A DNA stretch of 64,000 bases from Octopus bimaculoides (lineage: Eukaryota), in NCBI RefSeq assembly GCF_001194135.2, contig NC_068986.1, positions 72,229,798-72,293,797 on the forward strand. Reading direction: 5' to 3'. The notes beneath the pieces are model-generated. The model did not search any database. It was not told the DNA's origin and was given only the letters and a program-made list of their open reading frames with translations. Made by a program: the position numbers and the translations under genes. Shown piece after piece: positions 1-10,279 of the stretch (its first letter is position 1; each line of letters opens with the position of its first letter).

Positions 1-249
1 ATTTGTCCATGGACAAGATATCTCAAGAACCGCTGGATGGCTTCAGATGAAACTTTCAAGGTTGTTTGGCTTCGTGACTGGCATGAACTGATTAGATTTT
101 GGGATTGATCCAGTACCAAATGAAAATTCTAGATTATTTTTCCTGTTTTTTTTTTTTAATTTTTGAGNNNNNNNNNNAGAGAGGGGGAGAAAGGAATAGA
201 GGTAGTTAAAAGTTTTCTTATGACAGCTTCTCTTCACTGCCTATTACTT

Positions 250-731
250 CATTAGAAATCTACGGATGCACATACGCACTTAATAGAGAAAAATGAAACA
301 AATATGGACAACTTGCTCCGAAACACCACCAAGTGGGAAACACTTCTCAAAAATAACTTGCAGTTATTTCCTTCAAAATTCCTACATGCTCGAAATGTAC
401 ATACATCAAGGTATATTTGTCCATGGACAAGATATCTCAAGAACCGCTGGATGGCTTCAGATGAAACTTTCAAGGTTGTTTGGCTTCGTGACTGGCATGA
501 ACTGATTAGATTTTGGGATTGATCCAGTACCAAATGAAAATTCTAGATTATTTTTCCTGTTTTTTTTTTTTAATTTTTGAGAGTGGTCAGGTTCATTTTT
601 AGTATTCTCGTTTGTGAGAGCAATCAAGTTTATTTCAGATATTTTCATTTTAAAAATCATCTCTGGCTAATTGTTGAGAGGACGTTGGTGTTGCCTTGGT
701 GGAGGTTTGTACTCTCTTGAGTGCTCTTGTT
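250..731 (+). mobile_element. Non-autonomous Helentron/HINE-like element, 3' part
   Basis: Ends in CCTTGGTGGAGGT (694-706), then a small hairpin GTACTC-TCTT-GAGTGC and TT. This is the sub-terminal-IR plus stem-loop end typical of DINE-1/HINE elements. No coding capacity. Confidence 0.5.
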
Positions 732-777
732 AATAGTAATTTATTTTGTATATTTCTGCTTCTATATAAGCAATCAA

Positions 778-1100
778 ATATCATCATCATCATTTAATGT
801 CTGTCTTCCATGCGGCCATTAGTTATATGGTTTAACAGGATCTGATGAATTGGAGAACTTCACTAAGCTCCAGTGTCTGTTTTAGCATAGTTCCTATGAC
901 TGGATGCTCTTTCTGATGCCAACCATTTTACATAATGTACTGGGTGCTTTTTTCATGGACCAGCACTTAGTTAGTTCACCAAATAACTTGCAAGTCTAAA
1001 AGTAACTCCCTCAACTGAATGGGAGATGCAGAAACAGGCATCCTGTTGTAGTGGAGACAAATGGTTACACTGCATTATATCCAGGGCAGGCTGGCAAGTT
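778..1100 (-). mobile_element. RTE-LINE/SINE 3' tail fragment
   Basis: (CAT)n followed by TTAATGTC...CCATGC...GGATGC..TTCTGATGCCAACCA; the same tail recurs more than 10 times in the window. Confidence 0.75.
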
Positions 1101-1519
1101 TGCAAGAGGTGAGGGATAGATGATTAGAGATGGGGGGATTGATGGAGGTGCATGTAGTGAAATGGTGGCCAAGAGTGGAAACATACATGGTTGGCAGTAA
1201 ATGTGAATATGGAGGGAGGTGAAAAGAAACAGAAGTAGCTCAGGAAAGAGGAGACAATAAGTGGCAGATTAAAAAGGTTGGAGAGTAACTGAATTAATGA
1301 AACTACATCGGTGGTTCTCAACCATTTTTACCTTTGGACCCCTTTGATTATTATTTTACCCTGGTGAAGCCTTGCCTCAGAACTATTCAACATTTAAAAA
1401 ATTCTTTTTTGTTTTTTTCTTTATAATTAAATATTATTAGGAATTTATTAAAATATTTGGATCTTTCTGATTTGGCAGGTGCCACTTTTTATTTATGTTT
1501 TATTTAGTGTGTTTTCTAC

Positions 1520-2241
1520 CGAAACACTTTCAAACTTCGTATACTTGTATATTTTGTGTTATAGAACAGATAAAAAATTTTGTATTTGAAGTTATTTCAT
1601 GTAAAAAAATTGTCGCATTTCGCTAATTTCAACCAATCACTGACGTCTATTGAGGTGAAAACAATTACTGCTATGTATTGTCAACAAAACATTGTGCGGT
1701 GTAATGGGATCTTTTCCCTTGAATAAAATTAGTGCCGTTGTTTGTCAACAACAACTATCGGTGGTACTGTTATTTATGACATTGTTTGTGCATTTGGGTT
1801 AGGGTTATGAGTATTTTAACCACATTTGGTGAAAATCTGTTCAATACACCGCCACAAACTTTTTAACCAAATTTGGCAAAAATACTCATAACCCTAACTC
1901 TAAAACCCGAACCGTAACCCTAAAACCCTAAAGCTAAAACCAGTACAAACGCACGAACAATGTCATAAATAACAGTACCGGCGATAGTTGTTGTTGACAA
2001 ACAACGGCACTAATTTTATTCAAGGGAAAAGATCCCATTACATCGCTAGAACACGTTGTTTACATTCCACAGCAGTAATTGTTTTCACCTCAATAGACGT
2101 CAGTGATTAGTTGAAATTACCGAAAGACGACAATTTTAACACGAAATAACTTTAAAAAGATAAAATTTTCTCAATAACACTAAGAGTAAAAGATGTTTTA
2201 TATGACACATTCTACCAGTCTCCCAAATTTGAAAGTGTTTC
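1520..2241. mobile_element. ~720-bp fold-back (palindromic) element with telomere-like repeats near its centre
   Basis: GAAACACTTTCAAA at the left end and TTTGAAAGTGTTTC at the right end; near-perfect ~100-bp inverted core (about 1697-1797 vs 1945-2043); GGGTTAGGGTT and TAACCCTAA..AACCCTAAAACCCTAA inside. Confidence 0.8.
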
Positions 2242-2366
2242 NNNNNNNNNNNNNNNNNNNNNNNNNNNNNNNNNNNNNNNNNNNNNNNNNNNNNNNNNNN
2301 NNNNNNNNNNNNNNNNNNNNNNNNNNNNNNNNNNNNNNNNNNNNNNNNNNNNNNNNNNNNNNNNNN

Positions 2367-2429
2367 AAGGACATAAACACACCAACACCAGTTGTCAAGT
2401 GGTGATGGAGGACACACAATGACACCAAG

Positions 2430-2485
<56 letters not shown>

Positions 2486-2652
2486 CAAACTTCTTTCAGT
2501 TTTTGTTTACCAAATCTATTGAGAATGCTTTGGTCAGCCTGAGGTTATAGTTGAAAACATTTGCCCATAGTGCCATGCAGTGATACTGAACCTGGAACCA
2601 TGTGGTTGGGAAGCAAACTTCTTACCACACAGCCACACTTGTGCCTATGTGG
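2367..2652 (-). mobile_element. tRNA-derived SINE (family A, as 60690-61078)
   Basis: Reverse-complement match to the 60690 copy, including the internal (CA)/(TA) tract. Confidence 0.8.
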
Positions 2653-3254
2653 TCAATATACAAGGACATATTTATTTGAAAAAAGATCAGATTGGAGCCT
2701 GGTGTAGCCACCTGGTCCACTAGTCCTCAGTCAAATCGTCCAACCCATGCTAGCATGGAAAGCAGACGTTAACGATGAGGATGATACTACTTTAGTGCTT
2801 CAGTGTAAGCCTTGTGGTTGATGCTACTCTGCTAGTTTTACATACTATTATGTTGAACTTTGTTAAGTGTTAGTGAAAGGAATCTAGTTGTTTCTTGCAA
2901 TAAATAAGTCTAAAGCAAAAGTTTTTCATGGACTTCTGAAGTCCTGCTGTGGACGCCCAGTTTACTATTTTGCTTGCACAGACCTCCAGGGATCATATGG
3001 ACCCTGGTTGAGAACCACTGCTGTAGATAGTTCAGAAAAAGGGAGATGATGTGTGTGTGTAGGGAATGGGTAGATAGCTAAAGGAGGAGTGTTGGGTGGG
3101 AAGACGTAGAGATGGAGGTCAGAGGTATGTAGGGATGGAGATAGTGAGCAGCAAACAAAGATAGGAGAGGAGAATCAATGGTGATATGAAGCCATGTTAA
3201 GAATAAGATATGGCAGTCATAGGATGTAGCTCTGGGGGAAAAGGTAGAGATATT

Positions 3255-3487
3255 TTATTTCTTTATTGCCCACAAGGGGCTAAACACAGAGGGGACAAAC
3301 AAGGACAGACAAAGGGATTAAGTCAATTACATCGACCCCAGAGTGTAACTGGTACTTTATTTATCGACCCCGAAAGGATGAAAGGCAAAGACAACCTCAG
3401 CGGAATTTGAACTCAGAACGTAACGACAGATAAAATACTGCTAAGCATTTCGCCCAGCGTGCTAACGTTTCTGCCAGCTCACCGCAT
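3255..3487 (-). mobile_element. tRNA-derived SINE (family C)
   Basis: ATCGACCCCGAAAGGATGAAAGGCAAAG...GGAATTTGAACTCAG; also at about 29838-30030, 38070-38280 and 51440-51625. Confidence 0.8.
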
Positions 3488-3689
3488 TAAGGTAGAGATA
3501 TCTGTAGCATTAACACCTTACTTCCATAGAAATCATTTTGCTGTTTTGTATATTCTGTATGAATGGTTTTAGTAATTTAATTTTCAAGACCTTACAAACT
3601 CTCCAGTTGAGTAAGAACTGAAACTAGAGTAATTTTTTTCAAGAAATCTTTATATACATTTGTATGTTTATGTATTTGTTTTGCAAGAT

Positions 3690-4065
3690 TCTTGATCTGA
3701 AATCGTGTGTTGAAACAGATATTATTATATTTAGGGATGGTCATATTTTACCGATTAAACACGTGCGCTTTATATATTGTTGTTATTTTTGTCACACATC
3801 CCGCGACCTCTTCTGTGACTCTCTATCCTATGTGACTCCTCTTGTTCTGCTTATTCCATTTAGGAAATGGATTGTAGGAATAGCATAAGCAGAACAAGAA
3901 GAGACATGTGGAATAGAGAGCCACTGAAGAGGCCACAAGATGTGTGATGAAAGAGCTTTGACAAAGAAACTAAAATAATAATAATAAAACTGAAATGAAG
4001 ACCAAATATATAGTGTGTGTGTTTAATTGACAAAATATGACCATCCTCAAGTGTAACACTATTTC
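3690..4065. mobile_element. Fold-back element with mirrored hammerhead-like cores (Penelope pLTR/retrozyme-like)
   Basis: Inverted arms: GGGATGGTCATATTTTACCGATTAAACAC vs GTGTTTAATTGACAAAATATGACCATCCT, and CTTGTTCTGCTTAT vs ATAAGCAGAACAAG. CTGAAGA..GAAA core in the right arm. Confidence 0.7.
3920..3962 (+). ncRNA. Degenerate minimal type-I hammerhead ribozyme-like motif
   Basis: GCCA-CTGAAGA-GGCCACA-AGATG-TGTGAT-GAAA-G-AG-CTT-TGAC. The mirror copy on the minus strand (3786-3819) reads GTCA-CAGAAGA-GGTCGCG-GGATG-TGTGAC-A-AAAA. Confidence 0.4.
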
Positions 4066-4366
4066 TATATATTATTTATAAAGAAAGGTTTTGAAGCTTA
4101 TAACTTATTTGCTTTTGTTATTTATATTTGATTTCTGATTTGATTTTCTTTTTCTATTTTTGGTTTTTCAGATTTGAAAATTTATTGCTATATTGTCTTT
4201 ATCTGACTTGGAAATGACCAACTGAATATCATATCAGGGGAATTATTCTTGTTTATTTTTATTCACATTTGGAAAATCTTAAGGCTTATGTAGTTAAACT
4301 CAAATGAAACTAGATGATTATTTTCTATTAGTGAAATTTTAAAGAAGTTTACATAATTTATTTATT

Positions 4367-5359
4367 ATGAATAAATACATTGGTAGGGTTGATCATATGA
4401 AAAATTCAAATATGCATCAAATAGAAAAGCCATTCAAGTGCAACTTCTGTGAGAAGTCTTATTCTTGTTCAGCCCATTTACTACGGCATGTCAAAACTCA
4501 CTCTGGAGAAAAATCTCACAAATGTACTATGTGTGAGAAAGCATTCTACAACTCTTGGGATCTTACCCGACACATGAAAATACACACAGGAGAGAAAAAA
4601 TTTCGTTGTGAACTTTGTGATAAATCTTTTTTACGGTCTACCAGTCTTACAGAACATATGGCTGTGCACACAAAAGAAAAACCATATTCCTGTGAACTTT
4701 GCACAAAAGCTTTCTCACGCACAAGCCATTTAAATGCACATCTGAAAATACACTCTGGCATTAAAACTTTTAAATGTGATCACTGTGTGAAAGCATTTTT
4801 TAATTCCTGGGAACTTTCACGGCATGTAAAAATACACACCGGTGAAAAAAAACATATCTGTACTTTTTGTACTAAAGCTTTTACACGACCAAGTAGTTTA
4901 AAAGAACATTTAAAAATTCACACAACAGTAAAAACATTCAAATGTGTCTATTGTGTTAAATCTTTCACACGACCCAGTCGGCTTGCATCTCACTTGCGTA
5001 TGCATGCTGGAATCAAACCTTATTCATGTATGCATTGCAATAAAGCTTTTTTGAACTCTTGGGATTTAACACGACATACTCGCATTCATACAGACGAAAA
5101 ACTTTTCAAGTGTCAGCATTGCCAGAAAGCATTTCTCAGATCTAGCAGCCTCAAAGAACATATTAGAATACACACAGCTGAGAAACCATACAAATGTGAA
5201 TGCTGTGGCAAGTGCTTCACTCGTTCTCGTGGACTTAGGGAACATTCTCGGGTACATGCAGAAGAGAAAGCAGGTTGCCAGCACTGTGGAAAAACATTTT
5301 CCTGTTCAAACCATTTATCTCAGCATTTATGTGTGCAGACCAATGGCCAGATATTTTAA
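4367..5359 (+). CDS. C2H2 zinc-finger protein, 330 aa, 10 intact fingers plus 1 degenerate finger, single coding exon, no recognisable effector domain
   Basis: Tandem C-x2-C-x12-H-x3-H units with TGEKP-like linkers; the 11th finger has Q in place of the second His. Probable acceptor TTTTTCAG at 4171 gives a 5'UTR in the same exon. Confidence 0.95.
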   Translation: MNKYIGRVDHMKNSNMHQIEKPFKCNFCEKSYSCSAHLLRHVKTHSGEKSHKCTMCEKAFYNSWDLTRHMKIHTGEKKFRCELCDKSFLRSTSLTEHMAVHTKEKPYSCELCTKAFSRTSHLNAHLKIHSGIKTFKCDHCVKAFFNSWELSRHVKIHTGEKKHICTFCTKAFTRPSSLKEHLKIHTTVKTFKCVYCVKSFTRPSRLASHLRMHAGIKPYSCMHCNKAFLNSWDLTRHTRIHTDEKLFKCQHCQKAFLRSSSLKEHIRIHTAEKPYKCECCGKCFTRSRGLREHSRVHAEEKAGCQHCGKTFSCSNHLSQHLCVQTNGQIF

Positions 5360-7689
5360 ATATATTGTTTCTCTTTTTATCAACTGTGTGATGAATTTTA
5401 ATAGTTTTCTAACTATTAATGTGCTTTTAAGCAATCTTTTTTTATCTTAACTATTTGTGACTAATATGTTTGTCTATGTGCATGTAAAAAAAGGAAATGA
5501 AATCTCTCTCTCCTTAGGGTAATTCTGGGTTCCTTCAAATACAATTCCAACAGATACAAAATTGTTTAACATCATCAATATCATTTAAATCATACTGAAT
5601 CTTGCATTGGAAATAACATTTTATGTTTAAAAGTCATTAAGTTTTTGAATTGTTATAAAAATGCTTAGTAACTTGCTCTGGTACGGTTCTTATTTTCTGA
5701 AAGAACTTTTTCTTTTCCTGTGTACTATTTAATGTTTTGAATTATTGGAAGCTACTTGATAAAACATATGTGATATGTTTGCAGAATACACCATTATTTG
5801 GCAAAATTGAATGCAAATCTATGCCAGCCATTGATATTGCTTTTAAAGATTTTGATAACAAAAAAGGTGTTTTACTATCTTCATTATTCTTGTTAACAAG
5901 AATAATGAAGATAGCAACTAAAAATGTATTATATTTCTCCATTGTGAACATTTTATATAACTGGAATTTTATTACTGATGTTTTTCTAATAATTTCAAAA
6001 TATTGCACCATTTTTCTTGAGATATTTCATAATTTCATAAAATATAACCTACTATTTTAAATAATAGGTTTGTTTTCATATCTTTTTGTTACTTTTAGTA
6101 TAGTATGTCCCCACTCATAATAATAGAAGTAAAAGAAAATAGAACTTGATGGAAAATTGCAAATTTAGATATTAAATTTACTTTTCTGTGTTAATCTATA
6201 TTTTCTGTTTAAAAAATGAAGCATTTTTTTCTTCTTGAATTAGGAATAAAGAAAGCAAGCAGAAGTATTTAAAATATTTCTGTAAATGTGAATAAATAAT
6301 AAATAAAAAATACTTTCTGTTAATTTAAAAACTGAATAGAAAGTTATGATAAATGTGAAAAACTTTCATTTCTTATGTAATAACTGCTTATGAATAAATT
6401 ACATAATAACCACAAAACAGTTTTTTCATATTTAATTACTTTGTATATAAGATTTAAAATCATAATATTTTACTCGCCATAAGTTACTATGTAAACTGTA
6501 TTAACAGTAACAAAATATTGAATTTTTTTTTTTTGTGTTATGTCAGCGTTTTTTCAAAATCAAATATTTTTTACATGCATTTTTTCTATGCTAGCAAAAT
6601 TTAGGTTTTATAAATTTAAACATTTGCATAAATGATTGACTAAATACTTTTCTCATGCAAATTTCTAAACTCTGAAGAAAAAAAAAAATTAATTTTTACT
6701 TTCTCATGCCAAGAGTAATATTCTGTGCGGTTTACCAATATTTGTATGCTGCTTTTTGGCTTGTGATAGTTGTCTATATTTCTGTGAGTGCAGTATTGCT
6801 GAAGAGTGAAACAAACTTTATGCCTTTTCAAGTACAAATTAGAATAATTTTGAATCAAATTAAAATAATCGCAAAACAAATTAAACTAACCTTGAAGCAA
6901 GTTAGTTTTTTTTCTGATTAAGTTATGCCATTAAACAATACTTCTGATACATTAATTTAATGAGTTGTAGATTAGAATTTAATTTTCTCTGGCAGCACTT
7001 TTGGCTGAGTATCAAAACATCTTTCATAAGTGTATGGGAACCAACTGTTTTGGAAATACAAAACAGTCACTCTGACTGTGAAATGCATTTACATCAGTAA
7101 AATAATTTCTTTTATCAATCCTTATGGTGAATGTAAAACTTCACAAAGATTCTTCAACATTGTGACCATTTGTTTAACCATTTAACTAGTGACTCACTAT
7201 ATTCATGTTCTGTATTCTTTGTCATGGACAAACGTGATGCACAATCTCTGCAAAGCCAATTATATGCTGTTGTTTTCTTAACACCATGTGTGTAGCAGTA
7301 ATAGATTTCATATCTCATTCAGTAGCAGACAGTACATGTATATAAGTTTCAAGTGAAAATTTCTTGTGTGTCCTTCAGTTGCTTGTTTCAGACCTTTTGA
7401 AATAACAGTGCTTGTAGCTGGAGACAAGCTATTGTTGCTTTGAGACTCACTATTATCATCCGTAAGTAAACGTAGCATTGTAAACTTAAGTCAAATAATG
7501 AAATGAATACAAATTTAAAATGAGTTTGAAGGTGGCCACAAATAGAATACTTTCTTACTTTTGCTGCTTATATACTGGTTCATTTTCTAACCACTCAAAC
7601 TTAACCCTTGCTCTCCTCATAGTCACTTTATATAAAAAAAAGAAAGAGAAGGATCAGTGGTCCGTCTCAAACCATAGGTTCATTAAGTT

Positions 7690-7870
7690 AGTTTCTGTGG
7701 CATATATATTTCCCTACTGGACACCAGTCTGTCACAAGGTTACTCAATTTTGCCAGCTGAGTGGACTGGAGCTATGTGAAATGAAGTGTTTTGCTTATGA
7801 ACACAGTGCAGGAATTGAAACCACAATCTTATGATCATGAGTGCAACACCCCAACCACTAAGCCACATAC
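7690..7870 (-). mobile_element. Old tRNA-derived SINE fragment (family E)
   Basis: CAGCTGAGTGGACTGGAGC..TGAAATGAAGTG..GGAATTGAAACCACAATC..ACCACTAAGCCAC; related copy at about 39760-39935. Confidence 0.6.
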
Positions 7871-9874
7871 CACCACATACTTAGTATACCTCTTTTTTCA
7901 TGTTTACTTTGTTTTCTCTAGCTGTCGTGTACTTCATCACTGATAGTCCCCTCAACTTCTGGTAATTATAATTAAATGGAATTGTTTTTCTGATCTGCCA
8001 GATTATGCATTTTTTGATTATCTTAACACACCTAAGCAAATACAGTATTTAGACCTTGCATTCTGGTATTGAAATGCTGAAGATTAACTCACATGAAGGT
8101 AATATTCCAGCATTGTTTTACCTGTGATGGCTAACACAATCTAAAGAACATTGCCAACCATTCTAAACATTCTTCAGTAGTGGGGAAAAATCACAATGTA
8201 ACAAAGGTACCTGCATACTTTTTAAATAACATATTTAATTGATTGTGTGTTCAAAGCACATTTCACCAGTGAAGAATGGCCATAAAAAATAAGGATGATG
8301 GTGTGTATGTGCACACATATACAGGAGTCTTTTTTTATTTTATGTAGTGAATCAGGCAGACCCATGCACAAACTTCTCCAATGTCAGAATTCCTTTAGAG
8401 TATACAATGATTTAAATGTGAACTAGATGAAATTTCTGTATTTCATGCAGTCTTCATATGTATGTGTTTCTGATATATTTTAGACTATACTCTTAGCACT
8501 GAATTATGTATTCAAAATAGATGTATCACTTCTAAATAAATGAATTTCTTTTCAAATTATTATTATTATCATTCTTAGGGCATTGGATTGACAAAATCAA
8601 TAGAACAGCGAACAAAAAGTGTTTTGATAGAGTCCTGTATCAGTCAAGTATTGGGTTCTGTGCATTTGATTAAACCTTCCTCTCAAAATTTCAGTCCTTG
8701 TGCCTATGATAGAAAACTCTCATTATCATATCATTAGAAATTATTTCTTATGAAGTGCAGTGGATCTTGCTATAACAGAGTATTTAGTTTTGTGACTTTT
8801 TGTTCTTTGAGTTAACTTTACCTTTAATCTTTATAGAATCATTAAGCTATATCTAAAAATATTTTAACCTGATCAATGAAGAAAGTGAATAAATATTTAA
8901 AGTTTCAGTTGTTTCCCATACCAAGGATCTCTAGTTCAGGCAGCAAGCACATTTTATATAATGCAAGAGGTACAGAAAAGTGTGAGCAATGAAACCTAAA
9001 GGTTTCAAAGTAATTATGATAAATATGATTTATAAATAGGATGCAGAAAGTTCAGATGAATTAAGACAATTACCTGAATTAGTAACTTCAGATATTGTTA
9101 AATTATGATTGAGTTTTGGTATGGAAATGTTCTTTTCAGTTGTTTCAATAGAACCTCATTTTTATTTTGGAGATAAGAGTAATTTCTTCTATAGCACTAA
9201 ATTTCTTTGTAAGCAACTAAATGCTATAGGTAAAGCAGTTGTCAAGTGAGAAAATGTTAAATATTTAAATTAGAATGCTTTGTGTTAAAATTTACACTTA
9301 ACTTTCTCCCTAGTAGCTTGTTCTGATAACTATTAGAAATAAAACTTGTAACAGATCAATATAAGCTTGGATCATCCTGAGAATGGCTCAGATTTATTTA
9401 TAGATTATCTGAGTTTCATTTAGTTATTTAAACACCTTTGAGTATTTTAGATGCATGTATCATGGTTTTTAATTTCATTTTCTAAAAGTAACTCCCCATC
9501 ATTATTGTTATTTCATTAAAACTTTATTTATTTTTATTTTCAATGTAAATTTGTTATTAATATATACTGGAAAGAATCACAGTGCGAGTTGGTGCTACCT
9601 TTGTTTTGATATTTTTGTCTACTTAAATCAGGCATTGTTCTTATATTCACAGATGTCAGAATTGCTATTTGAAACTATTGTGATTCAGTAAAATACTCCT
9701 CACCTATCTATGTAAAATGTCAATGTTATTTATTTTTCTAATAATCGCTTTGATATGTGTCAATAAATTGTCTCATTAAAATTGTGAAATAATTTGTAAA
9801 CTCTAATTTAATTTTGTTGTTTATTATGTGAAAAATATTTTCCGTAATGCATTGTAGTTACACATCTACCTTCT

Positions 9875-10260
9875 ATGTTTCAGTCATCAGACTGTGGCCA
9901 TGCTGTGGCAACACCTTGAAGAATTTTTAGTCAAATGAATTGATCCCAGTACTTAATTTTTTTGCGAAGCCTAGTACTTAATCTATTAGTCTCTTTTGCT
10001 GAACCACTAAGTTACAGGGACATAAACACACCAGCATCAGTTGTCAAGCAGTGATGGGGGACAGACACAAAGACACATACACATATATATATATACAACA
10101 GGCTTCTTTCAGTTTCCGTCTACCAAATCCACTCAAAAGGCTTTGGTTAACCCAAGATTATAGTAAAAGACACTTGCCCAAGGTGCCACCCAGTGGAACT
10201 GAATCCAGAACCGTGTGGTTAGAAAGCAAGTTTCTTACCACACAACCACATCTGCACCTA
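9875..10260 (-). mobile_element. tRNA-derived SINE (family A)
   Basis: Near full-length reverse-complement copy of the 60690 family. Confidence 0.8.
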
Positions 10261-10279
10261 TTTTTCTAATATCTGTCCT

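Larger units (their letters stand above)
1309..3020. mobile_element. hAT (Charlie/MER5-like) MITE interrupted by nested insertions
   Basis: TIRs CGGTGGTTCTCAACC (1309-1323) and GGTTGAGAACCACTG (3006-3020). The 8-bp flanks AACTACAT/CTGTAGAT match only 4/8, so the TSD is not confirmed. Confidence 0.6.

Noticed and set aside
1-581. Exact 167-bp duplication (1-167 = 415-581) separated by a 10-N gap
   Set aside because: 100% identity including the poly-T length, next to a 10-N placeholder gap, is the signature of overlapping contig ends rather than a biological tandem repeat.
43-660. Overlapping 64-93 aa ORFs at the window start
   Set aside because: They lie in a non-coding HINE-like repeat and the duplicated artefact; no domain signal.
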